Positions 43,920-49,456 of a stretch of DNA of 49,456 nt are shown in pieces. The stretch is taken from positions 1 to 49,456 of the IMG/VR virus record IMGVR_UViG_3300023197_000205, one strand, 5' to 3'. The position numbers and the translations under genes are program-made. A model generated the notes under the pieces. The model saw only the letters and a program-made list of their open reading frames with translations, did no database searches and was not told the DNA's origin. Numbering within the stretch: position 1 is the stretch's first letter; each line of letters opens with the position of its first letter. Origin of the DNA: a virus (taxonomy: Duplodnaviria; Caudoviricetes).

Positions 43920-46567
43920 CCAGCAGCACCTCCCTGGGCCGCTGCCTGAAGCGGCGTCTGTTCGATGGTCGCCCCGAACTCCACGGGATCAGGCCGCTCT
44001 CGGTTGATTACGCTCGACACGTCCAGCGCCGCCTCGAGGACATCAACCCACGGGTCCAGCCACCCCCAGGCCTCCAGCAGCCTAGCGAGATCGGGGAAGC
44101 CGTGTTCGTCCAAGTCAAGCCACGCCCCGCAGATCGGGTCATCGGGATCACCCCAGCGCTGGGGATCGTCGACGAGCGCCTCGGCGAGGCGGTGGCACAC
44201 GTCGCGAACCAGCACGTCGTCACCGGCGATGGGCAACGGGGCGACATCCTCGAGACGGCCGTCGTCGGTGTGGAACGGTAGCGGGAAACGAAGTCCGTCC
44301 TCAGTCTCCTGCAGGAGACCGAGCGCTGCCATGCGGTCGCGGTGCCTGTAGAACGTCGACCGGCCCACGTCAGCCCGGTCGATGACCTCCGTCGGGGACA
44401 GTGCCCGCTCGGCACAGAGCAGCGTCGCGACGATCTTCCCGACGACCTGGCCCTCGTGAGGAACCAGCCGGTCGGGGCCGAGCCCGGCCAGGGCGTAGCG
44501 CACCTCGTCGAGGCGGATCTCTCGGGGCTGGTCCTCTGCCGAGAGCCACCGCAGCGCTTCCGCCGCGTCGTATGGCGTCCCGGTCAGCAGGCAGATGACC
44601 GACACCGCTTCGCGTGATGGCCGGAGGTTGACGGCCTCGCACATCATGTCGACGGCGTCGGCGAACGCCTGGCGGTCGGTCGTCGTATGGACGTCCACGC
44701 CGACGGCGACCTCGGGGGCGTCCTCCCGGACCGGGGCGGGGGAGGACACCGCGTCGCGGAGGTCCTCAACGAACGCGTCCTGCTTGCTGTTGAACGGGCC
44801 GGTCAGGACGAACGAGCCGATGAGTTCGCCGTGGGGATCCGCCGCGTCTACCTCCGGGGGAATGGCTTGGTCGACCTTATCGTCGCGGTCGTCGAACAGC
44901 ATCCGGTAGAGCGCCGCCTGCTCGTACTTCGAGGCGATCGCCGTTCCCTTCGCGACGGTTGTCGTAAGCATCTCCCACCGGTCGCTGTCCCAGTACGACG
45001 TGAACTTCGGGAGCCGAACCTCGCGGACCAGATCGATATCAGCGAGGTCCAGAACGTGGGTCATCGTCCCGGCGAGGCCGAGCGCTTCCCGAAGGATCGT
45101 CCCCCGGAAGCGGTCCTCGTCTTCGTAGTCACCGCTGCGGTACTTGGTCGTGAGGTCCTCCAGATGGTTCCGCGCTTCCTGCAGTTCGTCGACGTAGTCG
45201 GCCGCGGTCTCGACAGTATCGGGAAGGTGGCCGAGGCAACGTGATCCGCGGAGAATCTCGCGATGCTCCTCGAACAGGTCCGCGAAGTCGTGGTCCGCTG
45301 ATTCCAAACGGTCTTCGGTGAGGGCGTACTCGAACATCCGCCAGCTGGTTAACGCTCGGGCAATCGACACCCACCACTGCATAGGGTTGGCGAACTCCGC
45401 CGACACCACGACGCGGTCCGCCCGCCAGTCGTGGAAGAACGCCGCCTGCCGGTAGTCCTGAACCTCTTCAACCGGGCGCTCAACCACCGCGATGCCGTTC
45501 TCGGGGGCTGAAGCAGCCGCCCCAGCGGCATGGGCCCGACCCAGCGGCTGGACAGGGGCCGCGCCGGTCCCCTTCCGCCGGGGGTCCTCTCCCCCCTCCC
45601 GTGTGCGCGTGATTACACGGCCATGGTCTGACGAATCGAACGGCTCGCTAACGAAGTCCGATAGGTCACGCTGTCGGGTGGTTTGCTCGTTGAGAACGTC
45701 GAGGAACTCGCTGCCGGCTGGTGTGAGCTCGACCTGCTTGTTCCCCCGGCGGCCGAACGTCTCGACCAGGCCCAGGTCCGTCAGCGACTTGTCCGATGTG
45801 CTGGCCCCACTCGTGACGATCTGCCGGATCCGGCTGGCGTCAACCTCGTGTAGCGACGCCAACGCGTGGTAGCTCAGGGTCTCGCTGGGCTCGTCGGCAA
45901 GGCCGCGAAGGACCTTGACCTTGCGCGAGTCGGGGGCGAGCACGTCACCATCGGCGACGAGTTGCTGGACATCCACACCCGGTGGTTCTCGGGGGGTTGG
46001 ATCCACGGGATCACTAACACTCGCGGGGAGCAGATCCCGGTGTTTGCTCCACAGCTTGGCACGGGTCAACCGCCGCGCGGCGAGCGTCACGTCGAACGTC
46101 TCGGCCAGCTGCACGAACCACTCGACGAGCCGCCGAGGGTCGTTGGCTTCCTCGAGCGCGTCGCCGACGTGGATCACCAGCGAGGGCTCGACGTCGGCGA
46201 GCCGGAGCAGCGCCAACGGCCCCGTGTGGATGTCGTCGACCGCCGTCGGGATACCAAACGGCCGCCCCAGCCCGAGCGACCGGGTGGTCCGGAGCGCGTC
46301 CCAGAACGCGTCGCTGCTCTGGTCGTCAGTGAGCGACTCGGCCACGGTCTCGTAGAGCCCGTCGAGGCCGGTGACTTCCCCCCCGATGGTCTCGTAGAAC
46401 TCGGCCTTTGTCCGGCCAGTGGCGAGCGTCCGTGCCGCCGTGACGAGGTACTCCGGGAACTGCGTCTCGTCGAACAGCTGCCGCCAGGTGCCGGTCACGG
46501 TATCGGTGGCGCGCACGCGGAGGTCAGCGTTGGCCGGGGGCTCGCCGGTCATGGTCAGTCCCGTCAT
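43916..46567 (-). CDS. Large plasmid-type replication protein, RepH-like
   Basis: 883 aa with internal and C-terminal wHTH; SKY...YRMLF...GELIGSFVL.G segment resembles haloarchaeal RepH from memory; needs HMM confirmation. Confidence 0.6.
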   Translation of the reverse strand: MTGLTMTGEPPANADLRVRATDTVTGTWRQLFDETQFPEYLVTAARTLATGRTKAEFYETIGGEVTGLDGLYETVAESLTDDQSSDAFWDALRTTRSLGLGRPFGIPTAVDDIHTGPLALLRLADVEPSLVIHVGDALEEANDPRRLVEWFVQLAETFDVTLAARRLTRAKLWSKHRDLLPASVSDPVDPTPREPPGVDVQQLVADGDVLAPDSRKVKVLRGLADEPSETLSYHALASLHEVDASRIRQIVTSGASTSDKSLTDLGLVETFGRRGNKQVELTPAGSEFLDVLNEQTTRQRDLSDFVSEPFDSSDHGRVITRTREGGEDPRRKGTGAAPVQPLGRAHAAGAAASAPENGIAVVERPVEEVQDYRQAAFFHDWRADRVVVSAEFANPMQWWVSIARALTSWRMFEYALTEDRLESADHDFADLFEEHREILRGSRCLGHLPDTVETAADYVDELQEARNHLEDLTTKYRSGDYEDEDRFRGTILREALGLAGTMTHVLDLADIDLVREVRLPKFTSYWDSDRWEMLTTTVAKGTAIASKYEQAALYRMLFDDRDDKVDQAIPPEVDAADPHGELIGSFVLTGPFNSKQDAFVEDLRDAVSSPAPVREDAPEVAVGVDVHTTTDRQAFADAVDMMCEAVNLRPSREAVSVICLLTGTPYDAAEALRWLSAEDQPREIRLDEVRYALAGLGPDRLVPHEGQVVGKIVATLLCAERALSPTEVIDRADVGRSTFYRHRDRMAALGLLQETEDGLRFPLPFHTDDGRLEDVAPLPIAGDDVLVRDVCHRLAEALVDDPQRWGDPDDPICGAWLDLDEHGFPDLARLLEAWGWLDPWVDVLEAALDVSSVINRERPDPVEFGATIEQTPLQAAAQGGAAG

Positions 46568-46855
46568 GCACGGACCTCCGGCTCATCGGCCATCGCGAGC
46601 GTCGTCGGTGGGGTTGCACACATCTCTCTCGGGGTGTCGATAGCCGGACCCACGAGGCGGTGCGCAGAGCTACCGCTCTTGGCGTCCGGTAAGCTTAAGG
46701 CCACCCGCGACACAGAACCAGATATCTCACCACCTGGCTCCACAACCGCGAGCGACGGCTGTGCCGTGCGGGGTATCCCCCGCGTTCTTTTTACTCGTGC
46801 TTGACTGTCGGTGACATTGGAGCGACGGGTTAAAAAGCCACGCGTCTGACGCACG

Positions 46856-46957
46856 TCAGATCACCCCCGTGTCTGCAAGCGCGTACAGGAGAGTAGTCCC
46901 GAAGATCAGGACGAGCAACGCGAGGGCCAGCAACCAGACCCCAGCGAACTTAGTCAT
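46856..46957 (-). CDS. 33-aa single-TM peptide
   Basis: My translation MTKFAGVWLLALALLVLIFGTTLLYALADTGVI; overlaps the upstream stop. Confidence 0.6.
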   Translation of the reverse strand: MTKFAGVWLLALALLVLIFGTTLLYALADTGVI

Positions 46958-48233
46958 CGGCCGATCCCTCCGTCGACGTTGAGTAGAATTGCCGCCAGCT
47001 GTCGTCGCCCTGGTCCTGCTCGTCGGAGGTGAGATCGTCCGGGTCGGCTTTCATCGCCGCTCGGTAGTAAGGCTTTTTGGAGTGGCTCCACAGCTCAAGC
47101 TCGTTGAGTCGCTCCCGAACCTCGTCACGCGTCATGGACTCCCGGCCGTAGCCCTCGCGGGTGGCGGTCTTGACGCGCTTGTGCGTTTGCTTCAGGTTGA
47201 GGTCGCGCTCGACGTAGAGTTCCTCGAGCAGTTCGTCGACGGTGTCGGGCCGGGTTGCCATCGACCGCTGGGACTCGTACCAGCAGCCGGGCGTGCAGAA
47301 CTGCTGCTCCCGGTGTGATGAGTCTGGCCGAAACCGAAGACCACAGCCCTTGCAAGTGCGGAGACTCGGCGGGTCTGCCTGTTCGGTGAGGTACTCCCGG
47401 TGGCAAGATGTCGAGCAGAACTCTCGGTCCTCGTACTCCGGTGCTTTGAACACGGCCTCACAGTGGGTGCACTGATACCGCGTCCAGTTCCGCTGCCCCC
47501 GGATGCGACACTCTCCCGAGCAGTACCGCGAGCGCTCGGCCTCGGAGCGGACGACCTCATACTCGTCATCACAGTAGTCACACCACAGCGACACGCGGTC
47601 ACGCTGGGCGCTGATGCTACACTCCTGGGAGCAATACGTTCGCGATGAGAGCGCCTCGAACGTCTCACCACACTCGGCGCACTCAACCTCGCCGGTGGAG
47701 TCGTCGGTGAGCGCTGCATCTCTGCACTCCCGCGAACAGAACTGCTGGTCGGACTTGGACTGCCGTCTCGTGAACACATCACCGCAGTGGTTACACTCAA
47801 GCTCGACGCGGTGGAACTCGACCTGACACTCTCGCGAGCAGAACCGGCGGTCAGCATCCGACTGGTAGACCCGGGACTCGTCGCCGCAGTTCTCACACGT
47901 CAGCATGGTGGTGAACTTCTCCCGGCGGCAGTCCCGGGAGCAGAACTTACGGTCCTGCTCGCTGCGGGGGACCTCGACGGTGTCACCACAGGTCTCGCAC
48001 TCGACGGTGACGCGGTCGCGGTCGGCCTCGAACCGGCACTCTTCCGAGCAGTGGATCTGGTCTCGGCTCTGGGCCCCGACGGTGAACGACTTGTCGCACT
48101 CGGGGCAGGTCTTCTCGATCTCCTCGGCGATGGATTCGTCGTGAGCCTTGGCGTGGTGGATCTTGACCGCGTGCTCGCTGTCGAACGGGTCGTCACAGGT
48201 GGGGCACCGGTGATCGTCGCCGTCCGACATCAC
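46950..48233 (-). CDS. Protein with one C2H2 finger and eight CxxC...CSxxC-type Zn repeats
   Basis: Repeats counted in the translation; HTH-like C-terminus LLEELYVERDL. Confidence 0.85.
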   Translation of the reverse strand: MMSDGDDHRCPTCDDPFDSEHAVKIHHAKAHDESIAEEIEKTCPECDKSFTVGAQSRDQIHCSEECRFEADRDRVTVECETCGDTVEVPRSEQDRKFCSRDCRREKFTTMLTCENCGDESRVYQSDADRRFCSRECQVEFHRVELECNHCGDVFTRRQSKSDQQFCSRECRDAALTDDSTGEVECAECGETFEALSSRTYCSQECSISAQRDRVSLWCDYCDDEYEVVRSEAERSRYCSGECRIRGQRNWTRYQCTHCEAVFKAPEYEDREFCSTSCHREYLTEQADPPSLRTCKGCGLRFRPDSSHREQQFCTPGCWYESQRSMATRPDTVDELLEELYVERDLNLKQTHKRVKTATREGYGRESMTRDEVRERLNELELWSHSKKPYYRAAMKADPDDLTSDEQDQGDDSWRQFYSTSTEGSADD

Positions 48234-49456
48234 CGCACCACCTCCCGGACGGCCTGCTCGGCGGTTGCAGGCTCGATGCGAGCGCTCCCACCGTCGAGGC
48301 GCTCCTGCAGCCCGAGCGCCTCAAGGACATCCTCCAGGTCGTCCCGTGACAGCTGCGGGAGTTCCCGGCGGACGTGGTGGGGTGTCTGGGCCCCGGCGAT
48401 CGCGTCGACGATGTCCTCGCGGTCGAGGCCATGCTCGTCGAGGACAGCTGTCAGCGTCTCCTCGTGGTCCGTCTCGGCACGGTCGCCCCGACTGTCCTTG
48501 TCGGGCGTGGCCGACTCGTCGGTGTTATCGGCCCGGTTGACACCGTCGAACTCAAACTCGTTGAGGTCCGAGATTTCGACGCCGTTGGGGCCGATGACGT
48601 CCTCCAAGCCGTAGATGCCCAGCCCACGCAGGACGCGCTCGGTGCTCCAATCCAGCGCGTCCGCGATGTCCGAAGGCTGCTCGGCGTTTTCGACGGCCGT
48701 CTCGAACTCCCCCGGTTCGAGCCACCCCAGATACGCCTGCTTCTTGCCGTGCGCCTCGGTGCGGTGGATGTCGCGTGCGAACCCCGAGTCGAAGGCGTCG
48801 TCACACTCGATACACGGGAAGCCGCCCGGGTCGGTGTCGTCTGCAGTGGTTCCGCCGGACGACTGTTCGGGAGTGCTGGGCGTGGTCTCATCTTCGGTGG
48901 GGGTTTCGTCCTGAAGATCCGCCTCGTCGCGGTCGACCAGGTCGTCACCATCGCCGTCGGGTTCGCCTCCGTCACCGTCCTGCTCTTCGTCCGCGTCGTC
49001 CTGTGTATCCGGCAGGTCCTCCTCAACGCCCTCGGTTTCGTCGCCGGTGTTGTCGCTCCCGCCGCCGGTGTGCTTTCCCAGTCTGTGACCGTTCAGCGCA
49101 TGGACAGAGTCGAAGTCTCTCCCGCACTCGTTGCAGGTGTGGTTGGTTGCATCCGTCTCGTCGACAATCTCGAATTGCTCGAGGACGCCACGCTGCTGGT
49201 CCCCGCTGTGGAGTTCGACCGCGGTGTCACCCTCGGCAGCGCCGAGGTGGTACTCCGTGGTCGTGGCTTCGAGCGTGACGCTCCTGGTCGCCCAGTCCTC
49301 ACCGCCAGCGCCGGTCCAGGTCGTGTGATCGACGTCCCCGACCTCCATCGGCGTCTGCCACTCGTAGCCGCCAGTCGCGACACGGACTTCGTCGCCTTCG
49401 TCGACGGCGAACACGCTGTCGACGATGGCGGTGTCGCTGTCCGGGTCGGCGCTCAT
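48230..49456 (-). CDS. Acidic protein with two C2H2 fingers and HTH-like repeats
   Basis: CNECGRDFDSVHALNGH; CIECDDAFDS...H...H; N-domain similar to 3001-3627. Confidence 0.8.
   Translation of the reverse strand: MSADPDSDTAIVDSVFAVDEGDEVRVATGGYEWQTPMEVGDVDHTTWTGAGGEDWATRSVTLEATTTEYHLGAAEGDTAVELHSGDQQRGVLEQFEIVDETDATNHTCNECGRDFDSVHALNGHRLGKHTGGGSDNTGDETEGVEEDLPDTQDDADEEQDGDGGEPDGDGDDLVDRDEADLQDETPTEDETTPSTPEQSSGGTTADDTDPGGFPCIECDDAFDSGFARDIHRTEAHGKKQAYLGWLEPGEFETAVENAEQPSDIADALDWSTERVLRGLGIYGLEDVIGPNGVEISDLNEFEFDGVNRADNTDESATPDKDSRGDRAETDHEETLTAVLDEHGLDREDIVDAIAGAQTPHHVRRELPQLSRDDLEDVLEALGLQERLDGGSARIEPATAEQAVREVVR

Noticed and set aside
46564-46854. 96-aa ORF upstream of rep
   Set aside because: Not protein-like and crosses promoter-like AT boxes; at most the short MCATPPT peptide may be real; no clear iterons found

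Overview
High-GC window with acidic predicted proteins, typical of haloarchaea (Halobacteria). It holds almost a whole temperate head-tail virus genome, siphovirus-like because no sheath gene is visible. No host housekeeping genes, tRNA, rRNA or CRISPR array were recognised. Left to right: the 5' end of an MCM helicase gene behind a candidate origin; a leftward early operon interrupted by an antisense SNJ2-like tyrosine integrase; a divergent RHH/RHH switch with a Tat lipoprotein; a second leftward operon of small Zn-finger genes ending in a small tyrosine recombinase; a PhiH1-repressor-like wHTH and a J-domain gene; a parA plus partner operon; a second small recombinase; the full leftward morphogenesis module (HNH, TerS, TerL, portal-MuF, protease/scaffold, MCP, neck, tail tube, -1 frameshifted chaperone, tape measure, tail tip and fibre); a metallophosphoesterase; a holin-like gene; a RepH-like plasmid replication protein; and multi-Zn-finger proteins. 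The best novelty candidates are (i) a 9-bp-phased ACAGG iteron array inside the parA partner gene that recurs at the parA promoter, suggesting an intragenic centromere; (ii) two inverted TTAACCAACAC-N20-GTGTTGGTTAA sites bracketing 9.2 kb near two paralogous recombinases; (iii) a repeated 5'-leader RNA with mutually exclusive stems; and (iv) a phage-plasmid design with two replicons and three recombinases. All family assignments come from motif recognition by eye, not database searches.
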